A stretch of DNA of 64,000 nt from Bacillota bacterium (GTDB taxonomy: Bacteria > Bacillota > Clostridia > Saccharofermentanales > DTU023), in contig JAMNZB010000016.1 of assembly GCA_023622515.1 (NCBI GenBank), forward strand, positions 3,118 through 67,117, written 5' to 3'. The notes below the pieces were generated by a model. The model ran no database searches. It was not told where the DNA came from and saw nothing but the letters and a program-made list of their open reading frames with translations. Shown piece after piece: positions 53,035 to 62,582 of this stretch (its first letter is position 1; each line of letters starts with the position of its first letter). Both the position numbers and the translations under genes were made by a program.

Positions 53035-53844
53035 CTATTTTTCAGGTCTATCACTCTTCTCTTCCCGATTTTTTCTTTGACTTCCGGCACTCCACAGTTG
53101 AAGTATTTTATGCTGAAGGTCAGAACGGGTTCCCTTGAGATTCGGGTAAGCACGTAATAGCCTTTTTTGAGTACGATTTAGTTTTTGCTGGACAGCATTG
53201 ACTCGGCTTTTAAATTCCGGATTTTCCAAAATCATCTGAACTTTGTTAGAGCTTTTAGCCGTTCCATGAGAAATTTTTTTGCCAATATTATCTGAAAGGC
53301 TTTTCATATTCTTCTGTAGCCTGAGTACTTCTTTTATATTTCGGTTAAGGCCGAAAATATGCGTAAATGTAACAATAGCATCAATGAGCATACTGCTAAT
53401 TGACAGCAAAAGTATTATGGTCAAAATTTTTTCCGGTATATGAATCATTATTTTTTGAATGAAAGGGTGGATTTCTTTCATAATGAGGGTTCCACCTAAA
53501 CCCCATGCTATAGAAAAGCGAAGACAAATATAACCCCCGATGTTCATGGGCTCTTGACTATAGTCCCACCAACGTTCGTGAAGTATCTTATCGAATAAAA
53601 AACCCACAATAAGTTCCAGAAAACTACATATTACTGTCGAGCCTAAGAAAAGCCACAGGAAATTATCTTTGACCGGCTCTAAGAAAATCAGCAAGAGAAG
53701 ACTCCCAAATCCATAAATGGGACAATAGGGGCCGGCAAGCATGCCCCTATTAACAAACACCCCTCTTTTCAGCTGCTGGTAAATAATCTCCACTATCCAG
53801 CCAAGAAAAGCATAGATTAAAAAATACGCTAGAAGATTCCGCAT
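53035..53844 (-). CDS. Polytopic membrane protein of the 'putative ABC-transporter type IV' family (PF06541-like) with a basic C-terminal tail
   Basis: 269 aa. The N-terminus FLIYAFLGWIVEIIYQQLKRGVFVNRGMLAGPYCPIYGFG matches my memory of that family. The start lies 3 nt after the ftsH stop. Confidence 0.65.
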   Translation of the reverse strand: MRNLLAYFLIYAFLGWIVEIIYQQLKRGVFVNRGMLAGPYCPIYGFGSLLLLIFLEPVKDNFLWLFLGSTVICSFLELIVGFLFDKILHERWWDYSQEPMNIGGYICLRFSIAWGLGGTLIMKEIHPFIQKIMIHIPEKILTIILLLSISSMLIDAIVTFTHIFGLNRNIKEVLRLQKNMKSLSDNIGKKISHGTAKSSNKVQMILENPEFKSRVNAVQQKLNRTQKRLLRAYPNLKGTRSDLQHKILQLWSAGSQRKNREEKSDRPEK

Positions 53845-53846
53845 GA

Positions 53847-55679
53847 CTATGCTGCCTCGCCAAGAATCTTCATAAATTCCTCACCGGTGATGGTTTCCTT
53901 TTCAATGAGGTAGGCCGCTAACCTATCCATTATTTCCCTGTTTTCCGCAAGAACGGTCTTGGCGTTTGTATAGGCTTTGCGGATAATATCCCGCACTTCC
54001 TCATCAACCAAACGCGCTGTTTCCTGCGAGCAATTCATTTGTCCGCTATGCCCCAGATAGCTGTTGCCTCCTGTTTGGAGGGCCATCATGCCGAAGTTTT
54101 CCGACATACCGTAGCGGGTAACCATATTTCTTGCAATTTCTGTCGCTCTTTCTATGTCATTGGAGGCCCCTGTTGTAATAATGTCAAAAACAACCTCCTC
54201 TGCCGCCCGTCCGCCACACAGGACTTCCAGTTTTTGCAAGGCATCGTCTTTGCTAACTAAGCTTTTCTCCTCTTCTTCTACCTGCATCGTATAACCAAGT
54301 GCACCGGATGTTCTCGGGACAATCGTGATTTTTTGAACCGGGGCAGCTCCTGATTGTTTCGCTGCAACCAAGGCATGGCCTATTTCATGATAGGCAACAA
54401 TTCTTTTTTCCTCTTCAGAAAGAATGGCGTTTTTCTTTTCTGCTCCGGCAATAACCGTTTCAACAGATTCGACAAGATCAGAGGTTGATACCTGCCTGCC
54501 ACCCAAACGAACAGCTCGCAAGGCAGCCTCATTAACAATATTAGCCAGTTGAGCGCCGGACGCCCCTGCCGTCATACGGGCAATGAGATTCACATCGATT
54601 GTTCCTTCGGTCTTTACCTTAGCTAAGTGAACACGTAAAATATCTTCCCGCCCTTTTAGGTCAGGTAATTCCATACGCACTTGACGGTCAAAACGACCGG
54701 GACGGAGCAAGGCCGGATCTAAGATTTCAGGCCGGTTGGTTGCAGCAAGAATAATTACTCCCTTATTGCTCTCAAAGCCATCCATCTCGGTTAAGAGCTG
54801 GTTCAAGGTTTGTTCACGCTCATCGTTGCCGGAAATTTGGCCATCCCGCTTTTTACCGATCGTATCAATTTCATCAATAAAGACAATACAGGGGGCTTGT
54901 TTGTTGGCTTCATCGAAAAGTTCCCTAACTTTTGCCGCTCCCCGACCAACAAACATCTCTACAAATTCTGATCCGGAGATTGAAAAGAAAGGCACATTCG
55001 CTTCACCGGCTACCGCCTTAGCCATCAGCGTCTTACCTGTCCCCGGAGGGCCTACCAAGAGAACACCTTTGGGACATTTTGCCCCGATTTCCTCATATAT
55101 TTTGGGATCATTCAGATAATCAATAATTTCTTGCAGGGCTTCTTTTGCTTCCTCTTGACCGGCCACATCCGCAAAGGTCTTTTTATCCGTATCGGGCTTG
55201 TAGACTTTGGCTACACCCCGGCCATGGATATTTAAACCGCCGGCTCCCATTCTTGCCGTCATATTTTTACTTACCTGACGTCCGATTAAGCTGAAAATTA
55301 AAATGGGTAAACCATAACTTAGTAAGATAGTCAACAGAAGATTTGGCGTCTCAGGAATCTCCGCCGTGTAGGTAATTCCCCTCTCTTGCAGCATTTGCGG
55401 AAGCTGAGGATTATCTACGACACCGGTCTTAAAGTAACGGATATAGCCCCCTTCTTCTGTGATGTATCGAATTTCCGTATCGGAAAATTGAACTTGTTTT
55501 ACCTGGCCGGATTCTACGGCATCAATGAAGTCTGAATAATTTGCTGTTGTTACCTGCCGAGACAATAACATAGGCATAATCAGCCAGTTAAATAGGAGAA
55601 CAGTTAAAAATACCAGACCATAGTAGTATAAAAGCGTACGCGGTGGTTTCTTTTTATTATTTGAACCTGTACTTTCCAT
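53847..55679 (-). CDS. ftsH: ATP-dependent zinc metalloprotease FtsH
   Basis: 610 aa with two TM helices. Walker A GPPGTGKT, Walker B VFIDEID, SRH region, Zn site HEIGHAL. Confidence 0.95.
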   Translation of the reverse strand: MESTGSNNKKKPPRTLLYYYGLVFLTVLLFNWLIMPMLLSRQVTTANYSDFIDAVESGQVKQVQFSDTEIRYITEEGGYIRYFKTGVVDNPQLPQMLQERGITYTAEIPETPNLLLTILLSYGLPILIFSLIGRQVSKNMTARMGAGGLNIHGRGVAKVYKPDTDKKTFADVAGQEEAKEALQEIIDYLNDPKIYEEIGAKCPKGVLLVGPPGTGKTLMAKAVAGEANVPFFSISGSEFVEMFVGRGAAKVRELFDEANKQAPCIVFIDEIDTIGKKRDGQISGNDEREQTLNQLLTEMDGFESNKGVIILAATNRPEILDPALLRPGRFDRQVRMELPDLKGREDILRVHLAKVKTEGTIDVNLIARMTAGASGAQLANIVNEAALRAVRLGGRQVSTSDLVESVETVIAGAEKKNAILSEEEKRIVAYHEIGHALVAAKQSGAAPVQKITIVPRTSGALGYTMQVEEEEKSLVSKDDALQKLEVLCGGRAAEEVVFDIITTGASNDIERATEIARNMVTRYGMSENFGMMALQTGGNSYLGHSGQMNCSQETARLVDEEVRDIIRKAYTNAKTVLAENREIMDRLAAYLIEKETITGEEFMKILGEAA

Positions 55680-55811
55680 AATTATCCTTTCATTATCCTT
55701 TCATTTTCTTTTCTTTTTTCACTAACTTAGTTGGATAAAGTATTTTTCCATTCATAGATTTCAGGGAATTATTGCTAAATATCATCTATTTACCTATAAA
55801 CCATACACCCA

Positions 55812-55831
55812 ACAACATGTTGTGTTATAAT
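55812..55831 (+). promoter_or_regulatory. Perfect 12-bp palindrome ACAACATGTTGT abutting an extended -10 (TGtTATAAT): candidate TetR operator and promoter
   Basis: The palindrome is at 55812-55823 and TATAAT at 55826-55831. A related element, CAACA-N5-TGTTG, lies at about 55872-55886. Both are upstream of the TetR gene at 55965. Confidence 0.5.
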
Positions 55832-55964
55832 TTAATTATACAAGTTCTTCCTTCTTTATCAATGAACAAAACAACATCTTTTGTTGGATTGGTGAGTAAT
55901 TAACGACGAGAAAGTTCTAAAAGCGAAATGAATAAGGGAGATTGAAAAATAAGAGGAAAAGAAA

Positions 55965-56531
55965 ATGGGAAAAAAACAAGCGGAAGTAACTACAGAAACA
56001 AAACAAAACATCATGGATGCTTACTGGCAGCTTTACAGCTCTGACAACATAAACAGGATTACTGTGAAGATGATCACTGATCGGGCAGGCTATAATCGAG
56101 GAACCTTCTATGCCTATTTCCTTGATATGGAAGACTTGAAAGCACAAATCGAAGATGAGTTGCTGCCTTCTGAAGAAAGCTTCAAAAAGTTGAAGGATGC
56201 TACTCTGGCAAAGAACAGCCGGCAAATCCTGGAGATTTTCATGGAGCTGGATGAGCTCGTAGGCGAAAAACTCAGTTTTCTTCTGAGTCACAGGGGCAGT
56301 TTATCTTTTCAGAGCAAGCTAAAAAAAACCTTGAAGGCGTTAATTGTTAAGCATCTCCCCCTGGATTTAAAAGAACCGGCAAGGATTGTCGACTATAAGA
56401 CCGACATGCTCTGCGGCCTCTTTTACGAGACCCTCCTCTACTGGTACGGGAAGGGCAAGAATATCTTTACTATCGAAGAAATGACCGCACTCATCATGGA
56501 GCCCATCTTTCACGGCCTTGCCGAAAGATAG
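55965..56531 (+). CDS. TetR/AcrR-family transcriptional regulator
   Basis: 188 aa with an N-terminal HTH (ITVKMITDRAGYNRGTFYAYF). Confidence 0.85.
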   Translation: MGKKQAEVTTETKQNIMDAYWQLYSSDNINRITVKMITDRAGYNRGTFYAYFLDMEDLKAQIEDELLPSEESFKKLKDATLAKNSRQILEIFMELDELVGEKLSFLLSHRGSLSFQSKLKKTLKALIVKHLPLDLKEPARIVDYKTDMLCGLFYETLLYWYGKGKNIFTIEEMTALIMEPIFHGLAER

Positions 56532-56679
56532 TTATTCAGCTCTTCGTCAGAAGTATTTTTTCGAATATATTCAGGCAAATCCTAATTCACCACACCAGTT
56601 CTTTTGTGCAATTGTCTATAAAACAAGAGTTACGCACCGAGAGTTAAGTGGCAAAGGCTAAAAATATTTGATTAATTCC

Positions 56680-56707
56680 TTGACATGGCAGACCAGCTTG
56701 ATATTAT
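56680..56707 (+). promoter_or_regulatory. Candidate sigma-A promoter upstream of the carbonic anhydrase gene
   Basis: TTGACA, 16 nt spacer, TGaTATTAT. It would leave a ~180 nt leader before the ATG at 56892. Confidence 0.5.
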
Positions 56708-56891
56708 TAATTATTAAATAAAGTTGGCTGAAAATAAAGTCGGCTGAAAGCTTAAAGTTTTTTTATTAAAAGTTTTCAGAAGAATCAGCAATGTTCCCGG
56801 TAAGCAAGATAGCCAAGATGGTATTAAGACAACACGCTATTACTCATTTGAAGTGAAGCTTCATTAGTCATAGCCGGATAAGGAGGGAGAA

Positions 56892-57560
56892 ATGGATTTA
56901 AAGAAAAGAATTGAACGCTTCAAAGAGCTGCAGTATGAATTTAATAAAGATTTCTATGCAAAGTTAAAAGAAGAACAAAAGCCCCATACCCTCTTTATCG
57001 CCTGCTCAGACTCCAGAGTAGATGCCGAAACCCTCTTTCAAGCCTCAGCAGGTGAAATTTTTCAAGTAAGAAATGTTGCCAATATCGTGCCGAGAGAAGA
57101 AGAGCCGGATCGACACCCTTCTGTAGTCTCTGCTATTGAGTATGGGGTCGAAATCCTTCAAGTCAGAAATGTCATCGTTTGCGGACATTCTAATTGTGGC
57201 GGCTGTGCCGCTATCAGAAAATTGGATGAATGCAAGAAGCAGCTCCCCTACACCGCAGAATGGATTTCTCAAAGTATCTCCATATCTGATTATATCGACC
57301 ATAAATATCCCGATATGAAGGAAGCGGATAAGCTGATTATGCTCGAAAAGTTAAATGCTGTTCAGCAATTGGACAATCTCATGACCTATGACTTTATGAG
57401 GAAAAAAGTTGAATCGGGAGAACTTAACCTGCAAGCCTACTATTATGACATCGGCACCGGAACTATATCAGTCTATGACTATGACAGCGTATTTTCAGAT
57501 ATTATTAAAGAAATTACTTCTAACAGGAAGCTTTTCTTTGACCTCTACCAGCAAGACTAG
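56892..57560 (+). CDS. Beta-class carbonic anhydrase
   Basis: 222 aa. Zn-ligand motifs CSDSRV and GHSNCGGC. AAGGAGGGAG RBS upstream. Confidence 0.9.
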   Translation: MDLKKRIERFKELQYEFNKDFYAKLKEEQKPHTLFIACSDSRVDAETLFQASAGEIFQVRNVANIVPREEEPDRHPSVVSAIEYGVEILQVRNVIVCGHSNCGGCAAIRKLDECKKQLPYTAEWISQSISISDYIDHKYPDMKEADKLIMLEKLNAVQQLDNLMTYDFMRKKVESGELNLQAYYYDIGTGTISVYDYDSVFSDIIKEITSNRKLFFDLYQQD

Positions 57561-57634
57561 TCTACTTATATTAAAACCGGATTTTTTATTAAGAGTCAGA
57601 TTAAATAATCAGATTGAATATAAGGAGAATTGTA

Positions 57635-57880
57635 ATGAGCTGCCCAAGATGCCATAGCAATAATGTATCGGCACAAGTTGTTAATGAAATATATCTCAAA
57701 ACAAAACGCAGAAGTCTGCTCTGGTGGATTTTTATTGGCTGGTGGTGGCTTCCTGTTAAATGGTTGTATTTTACAATACCCGCAGTTATAGTGAAGCTCT
57801 TCAGGCCAAAAAGATATAAAACTGTCAATAGAGCTAAAAGCTACAAAGTATGCCAAAACTGTGGGCACACATGGTCATAA
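57635..57880 (+). CDS. Small membrane protein with a split zinc-ribbon (CPRC...CQNC)
   Basis: ORF trimmed to the ATG at 57635 (AAGGAG RBS). 81 aa: MSCPRCHSNN, a Trp-rich TM segment (LLWWIFIGWWWLPVKWLYF), and C-terminal CQNCGHTW. Confidence 0.6.
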   Translation: MSCPRCHSNNVSAQVVNEIYLKTKRRSLLWWIFIGWWWLPVKWLYFTIPAVIVKLFRPKRYKTVNRAKSYKVCQNCGHTWS

Positions 57881-57901
57881 AAAGAAAGCTAACAGCAAAG
57901 C

Positions 57902-57936
57902 AAAAACCCTCTAACCACTGCGGTTAAAGGGTTTTT
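57902..57936. terminator. Bidirectional rho-independent terminator (serves the zinc-ribbon gene on + and tRNA-Thr on -)
   Basis: Stem ccctctaacc (57907-57916) with ggttaaaggg (57922-57931), 9 of 10 positions paired. Flanked by AAAAA upstream and TTTTT downstream. Confidence 0.7.
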
Positions 57937-57940
57937 CATG

Positions 57941-58016
57941 TGGAGCCTCCTGACGGATTCGAACCCCCGACCTATTGATTACAAATCAATTGCTCTACCA
58001 ACTGAGCTAAGGAGGC
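57941..58016 (-). tRNA. tRNA-Thr (anticodon UGU), CCA encoded
   Basis: Folded by hand from the reverse complement. Acceptor GCCTCCT/AGGAGGC, D arm GCTC-AGTTGGTA-GAGC, anticodon arm ATTGA-TTTGTAA-TCAAT, T arm GGGGG-TTCGAAT-CCGTC. The T stem contains one G:G mismatch and one G:U pair. Confidence 0.8.
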
Positions 58017-58046
58017 GTGCTTATTGATTCTACTAAAGAAATAGTC

Positions 58047-58079
58047 AAAAGGCAAGATAATTTGTTTTCCTATCTCGCC
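58047..58079 (-). terminator. Rho-independent terminator after rpsT
   Basis: Minus strand: GGCGAGATA, 11-nt loop, TATCTTGCC (9 bp including one G:U), followed by TTTT. It overlaps a possible tRNA-Thr promoter (TTGCCT, 17 nt spacer, TAGAAT). Confidence 0.55.
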
Positions 58080-58094
58080 CGACGCATTATTTAT

Positions 58095-58355
58095 TTACTG
58101 CTGTGCATTAAGCTTCTTGGCTAATTGGGCTTTTTTGCGAGAGGCTTTATTTTTATGAATAAGGCCTTTTGCTACAGCTTGGTCAAGCTTCTTTTGAGTC
58201 AAACGGTAAGTTGCTTCAGCAGTTTCTTCAGAGGCTTCAACTGCTTGCTCCGTCCTTTTAATGAATGTTTTTAATTCACTTCTCTTATTTTTATTGTATT
58301 CTGCTTTTGCTCTATCACTACGCATACGCTTTATGGCAGATTTAACGTTAGGCAT
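58095..58355 (-). CDS. rpsT: 30S ribosomal protein S20
   Basis: ORF trimmed to the ATG at 58355 (AGGAGG RBS). 86 aa; MPNVKSAIKRMRSDRAKAEYNK is a canonical S20 N-terminus. Confidence 0.95.
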   Translation of the reverse strand: MPNVKSAIKRMRSDRAKAEYNKNKRSELKTFIKRTEQAVEASEETAEATYRLTQKKLDQAVAKGLIHKNKASRKKAQLAKKLNAQQ

Positions 58356-58406
58356 TGCTTTCACCTCCTACAAGTTTTTTCAAATTTTCAAATTTGACGC
58401 CTGAGT

Positions 58407-58435
58407 ATGATACCATTACATTTCAGGAATGACAA
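58407..58435 (-). promoter_or_regulatory. Candidate rpsT promoter
   Basis: Minus strand: TTGTCA, 17 nt spacer, TATCAT. Confidence 0.5.
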
Positions 58436-58485
58436 GTCTTTTTTTTAAATAAGTAAATAACAACCATTCCTTTGGAGGTGTATTG

Positions 58486-60222
58486 ATGAAAAACATGAAA
58501 GAGCAGGTAGAAAAACCTGAGGGCTATGCTCGGGTTGCTAAGGATAAGCTTCGTATTTTGCCCTTAGGCGGTATGCGCGAAATCGGTATGAATATGCTTG
58601 TCATAGAGTATGAAAATGACATTATAATCATCGATTGCGGGCTTGCTTTTCCTGATGAAAACATGCCGGGCGTGGATACCATTATCCCGGACTTTACCTA
58701 TCTGCGCCAACATAAAGAAAAAATCCGAGGCTTGTTCTTCACCCATGGGCATGAAGACCATATCGGGGCTGTTGCCTGGTTTATGCGCGAATTTAGCACC
58801 CCTATTTACGGGACTCCCCTAACCATCAAACTGGCCAATAACAAATGGCAAGATGTGGGTCGGGGAGGATCTGAGAAGAATGACAAAAATGATCCGCGTT
58901 TTCATGTCGTTGAGGCCGGTGAAACTGTTCAAGCCGGAAAGTTTCGTGTGGAGTTTATTCATGTAAATCATTCTATTGCCGATGCCTGTGCCCTAGCTAT
59001 CCATACCCCTCTTGGGGTCATAATCCATTCCGGAGATTTTAAAATTGACTTTACACCAATTAACGGAAAGCCGATTGCCTTAAATCGCTTCTCAGAGCTT
59101 GGTCAAGAAGGTGTCTTAGCTTTATTACTTGAAAGCACAAACGTAGAAATCCCCGGTGTAACCCCATCGGAAACCCGGGTCGGAGAGAGTTTTTCTGAAA
59201 TTTTCGCCAATTCAAAAGGCCGTGTCTTCGTGGCCACTTTTTCTTCTAACGTATTTCGCATTCAGCAAGTTATCTCTGCTGCAGAAGAACATAAGAGGAA
59301 ATATGTCTTGCTTGGTTATAGCATGAATAAAGTTTTTGAGGCGGCAGACTCCTTAGGCTATATCACATACAATAAGGACAACTTAATTGAAGTATGGGAT
59401 GCTAAGCTGTTTGAAGACCATGAGTTAGTTTTTATTACAACCGGGTCGCAGGGGGAGTTTAATGCTGCCCTAAGCCGAATGGCTTTTTCTGAGCACAAGC
59501 ACGTTAATATCAAAAAAGGAGATACGGTTATCCTTAGTTCTTCAAAAATCCCGGGTAATGAAAAGTCTATTTATCGAGTTATCAACGAGTTGTTCAAGAT
59601 TGGCGCTGACGTCTATTATGAAAGTCTTGATGAAATCCATGTTTCAGGCCACGCTTATCGTGATGAGTTACAACTTCTTATTAACCTATGTAATCCCCAT
59701 TACTTTATTCCCGTGCATGGCGAATATAGACACCTGCATAAGAATGCCGAATTAGCAAGAAGCCAGGGTATTCCTGATGAATGCGTCTTCATTTTGAACA
59801 ACGGGGACATCTTTGAGTTCGATAATTATGAGGGAGCCATCACCGGTTTTGTTGAAGAAAGCACAGGTGTCTTGATTGACGGGGGTGGTGTTGGCGATGT
59901 GAATAAGGGGGTCTTGCGCGAACGAAAACTCTTGGGTGATGACGGGGTAGTAACCTGCTCTATGGTTGTTAACACAAAGAAGAATGTGCTTGCTGCTGCA
60001 CCGGAAATACAAGCCCTCGGCTTTATCTATACTGATGACCGAGACATTCTCGTCAAAAACATTCAAAAAACAGTCGAAGCCTATGCAGAAAAAACTAAGA
60101 AAAAGGATCGTCAGCTCAGCAAATGGCTCCGCCACAGCCAACTCCGCGAGCAAATCCGTAATGTCTTGTACAGTGAAACGAAAAGGCGACCGATGGTTAT
60201 TTTGTCCGTGCTGGAAATTTAA
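58486..60222 (+). CDS. rnj: Ribonuclease J
   Basis: 578 aa from the ATG at 58486 (GGAGG 7 nt upstream). Beta-CASP metallo-beta-lactamase: FTHGHEDHIG, HSGDFK, HVSGHA. Confidence 0.95.
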   Translation: MKNMKEQVEKPEGYARVAKDKLRILPLGGMREIGMNMLVIEYENDIIIIDCGLAFPDENMPGVDTIIPDFTYLRQHKEKIRGLFFTHGHEDHIGAVAWFMREFSTPIYGTPLTIKLANNKWQDVGRGGSEKNDKNDPRFHVVEAGETVQAGKFRVEFIHVNHSIADACALAIHTPLGVIIHSGDFKIDFTPINGKPIALNRFSELGQEGVLALLLESTNVEIPGVTPSETRVGESFSEIFANSKGRVFVATFSSNVFRIQQVISAAEEHKRKYVLLGYSMNKVFEAADSLGYITYNKDNLIEVWDAKLFEDHELVFITTGSQGEFNAALSRMAFSEHKHVNIKKGDTVILSSSKIPGNEKSIYRVINELFKIGADVYYESLDEIHVSGHAYRDELQLLINLCNPHYFIPVHGEYRHLHKNAELARSQGIPDECVFILNNGDIFEFDNYEGAITGFVEESTGVLIDGGGVGDVNKGVLRERKLLGDDGVVTCSMVVNTKKNVLAAAPEIQALGFIYTDDRDILVKNIQKTVEAYAEKTKKKDRQLSKWLRHSQLREQIRNVLYSETKRRPMVILSVLEI

Positions 60223-60233
60223 TGTCAATGGCA

Positions 60234-60265
60234 AGCGTGGAGAAAAGTTTCTTACGCTCCACGCT
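60234..60265. terminator. Hairpin at the rnj/relA convergent junction
   Basis: A 9-bp stem, agcgtggag (60234-60242) with ctccacgct (60257-60265), overlapping the last relA codons. There is no clear T-run on either side. Confidence 0.35.
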
Positions 60266-62582
60266 CAATACCGACCACTCCTTCAATCTGCTTGATACGG
60301 CGGCAAATGTTTTCCAATTCATCCTGGTTTTTCACTTCTACAAGCATCTGCAAGCGAGCGTTAGCCGGTCCACCGGAATACATTCGTCCGGTCAATATAG
60401 GCACCTGTTCTTCCGATATGGCTGTCGTAACATCAGCCAATAAGCGTTTTCTGTCTCTGGCATGAATTGTGAGCATAACTTCAAAGTTTTCGCTAGAATC
60501 GCCCTCGCCCCAACTTACCTCGATAAGACGCGCAGCCCTTTCTGCCGCTTCCGGAGAGCGTCGGCTTTGTGCTTCAATGTTGCGGATGTTATGGCAGTCC
60601 GTCCTATGCACGCTTACTCCGCTGCCCCGTGTAATAAAACCAATAATCTCATCACCTTGGACGGGGTTGCAGCATTTGGCCAAATTAACCAGGCAGTTAC
60701 TCATTCCCCGCACCTTAATGTCAAGCTTGCTCTTTTTCTTACGTTTTCTCTCATCACGAAGCAGGCCGGGATGGTCGGCTTTTAAGGAATCCTCTTTAAA
60801 AGCTGAGAGGTCCTGCAGTTTTATGATATTGCCTTTCTCCGTAAGCTCATAGCCCAAGGCCTGTCGCTTGCTTGAACTGATTTTCTTTAAATAGGCTGTC
60901 CGCAACCTGGGGTAAATCCGATTCAAAGAAACTCCGCCATAGCCAATAGCCGCATACATATCATCAACATCCTTGAAGGAATAGCGTTCTAAAATTTCAT
61001 CGACATAAGGCTTATGCAACATTTCTGTCGTGAAATTTTCCCGGGCAATGCGCTCCTCAAGAGCTTCTTTACCTCGCTCAATATTCTCTGAGCGCATGGC
61101 TTTCTTGAACCAGGAGCGAATTTTATTTTTTGCTGAAGCACTGGCAACAATACCTAACCAGTCTCTTGACGGACCCTTAACATGGTCAGACGTCAGTGCT
61201 TCTACAATATCGCCATTTTGCAACTTGTGATCTAAGGGAACCAATTTCCCATTTACTTTTGCCCCATTAAGCTTATGTCCGACTTCACTGTGGATATAGT
61301 AGGCAAAATCAATCGGTACAGAGCCTGCCGGAAGAGAAATAACGTCGCCTGCGGGAGTAAAGACAAAGACTTCATCAACGATTAGACCCTCCTTTAAGGA
61401 GTCCAGGTAGTCGGAAGCTTCACTCATATCATTCGACCACTCCAACAATTGGCGTAGCCAGGTTAATTTGTTTTCAACAGGATCTTCCTTGCCTCTGCCA
61501 CCGGAGCCCTCTTTATAGCGCCAATGGGCGGCTATGCCATACTCTGCTACAGCATGCATCTCCATCGTTCTGATTTGCACCTCAAAAGGAGTGGCTTTAG
61601 GACCAATAACTGTAGTATGCAAAGACTGATAGCGGTTAGCTTTCGGCATGGCAATATAGTCCTTGAAGCGACCCGGCATGGGTGAGTACAACTCGTGAAC
61701 CATACCTAAAGCTGCATAACAATCACCTACTGTGGGTACAATAATTCGGCATGCAAGAAGGTCATAAATCTCACTTAGATCCCTATTTTGTTTCTTCATC
61801 TTGTTGTAAATAGAGTAAAAGTGTTTTGGCCTTGCCTCAATTTCTGCCTTAATCCCCATTTCTGCAAGATGATTATTTAAGGCCACAACAATATTTTGCA
61901 GAAAACCTTCGCGTTCTTTTCTATTCTGGGCAATCGCTCCTACTAAATCATAATAGCCATCAGGATCAATATAGCGTAAACATAAATCCTCAAGCTCCCA
62001 TTTTATTTTAAAAATACCCAGGCGATGAGCCAAGGGGGAATAAATATCAAGCGTTTCCCGAGATATTTCTCGCTGTCTGTCCGGCTTCTTAAACTTCATG
62101 GTCCGCATATTATGCAAGCGGTCAGCCAACTTAATGAGGACAACACGAATGTCCTTAGCCATGGCTAAAAACATTTTACGGAAATTTTGTGCTTGATGCT
62201 CTTCTTGAGAGGAATAACTAATCTTACTCAATTTTGTTACCCCATCAACAAGAAGGGCAACATCCTCACCAAAATGTTCCGTTATCTCTTCTAAAGTAAC
62301 TTCCGTATCCTCTACGGTATCGTGTAAGAAAGCAGCAATTAAAGTATCTTTATCTACGCGAATTTCACTCAGAATTTCCACAACAGCAAGCGGGTGAACA
62401 ATGTAAGGCTCTCCCGTGGCACGTATTTGAGCAGAATGGGCTTCTTTGGCAAATCTATAAGCATCAACAATAGTCTTCGTATTGTCATCACCGGAGTAGG
62501 ACGCATAGAGTTCAGCAATATTATGCACACGCACTTCATAGCTTTCATAATATTCAGCTAATGTTTGTTCTTTATCGTTCAT
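60252..62582 (-). CDS. relA: Bifunctional (p)ppGpp synthetase/hydrolase (RelA/SpoT homologue)
   Basis: ORF trimmed to the ATG at 62582, which overlaps the recJ stop (ATGA) and has a GGAGG RBS. 776 aa. HD hydrolase motifs (HPLAV, FLHDTVEDT), synthetase motifs (YQSLHTTV, EVQIRT), then TGS and ACT regions. Confidence 0.95.
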   Translation of the reverse strand: MNDKEQTLAEYYESYEVRVHNIAELYASYSGDDNTKTIVDAYRFAKEAHSAQIRATGEPYIVHPLAVVEILSEIRVDKDTLIAAFLHDTVEDTEVTLEEITEHFGEDVALLVDGVTKLSKISYSSQEEHQAQNFRKMFLAMAKDIRVVLIKLADRLHNMRTMKFKKPDRQREISRETLDIYSPLAHRLGIFKIKWELEDLCLRYIDPDGYYDLVGAIAQNRKEREGFLQNIVVALNNHLAEMGIKAEIEARPKHFYSIYNKMKKQNRDLSEIYDLLACRIIVPTVGDCYAALGMVHELYSPMPGRFKDYIAMPKANRYQSLHTTVIGPKATPFEVQIRTMEMHAVAEYGIAAHWRYKEGSGGRGKEDPVENKLTWLRQLLEWSNDMSEASDYLDSLKEGLIVDEVFVFTPAGDVISLPAGSVPIDFAYYIHSEVGHKLNGAKVNGKLVPLDHKLQNGDIVEALTSDHVKGPSRDWLGIVASASAKNKIRSWFKKAMRSENIERGKEALEERIARENFTTEMLHKPYVDEILERYSFKDVDDMYAAIGYGGVSLNRIYPRLRTAYLKKISSSKRQALGYELTEKGNIIKLQDLSAFKEDSLKADHPGLLRDERKRKKKSKLDIKVRGMSNCLVNLAKCCNPVQGDEIIGFITRGSGVSVHRTDCHNIRNIEAQSRRSPEAAERAARLIEVSWGEGDSSENFEVMLTIHARDRKRLLADVTTAISEEQVPILTGRMYSGGPANARLQMLVEVKNQDELENICRRIKQIEGVVGIERGA

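Noticed and set aside
55917-56291. 124-aa minus-strand ORF
   Set aside because: It overlaps the TetR gene in antisense. The TetR HTH on the + strand explains the coding signal.
52954-58016. tRNA-Gly to tRNA-Thr interval as a tRNA-bounded genomic island
   Set aside because: It has no integrase, no direct repeat of a tRNA 3' end and no mobility genes. Its content is housekeeping (ftsH) plus a small regulator and a carbonic anhydrase.
59752-60234. 160-aa minus-strand ORF
   Set aside because: It is antisense to the rnj C-terminal region and has no motif or RBS.
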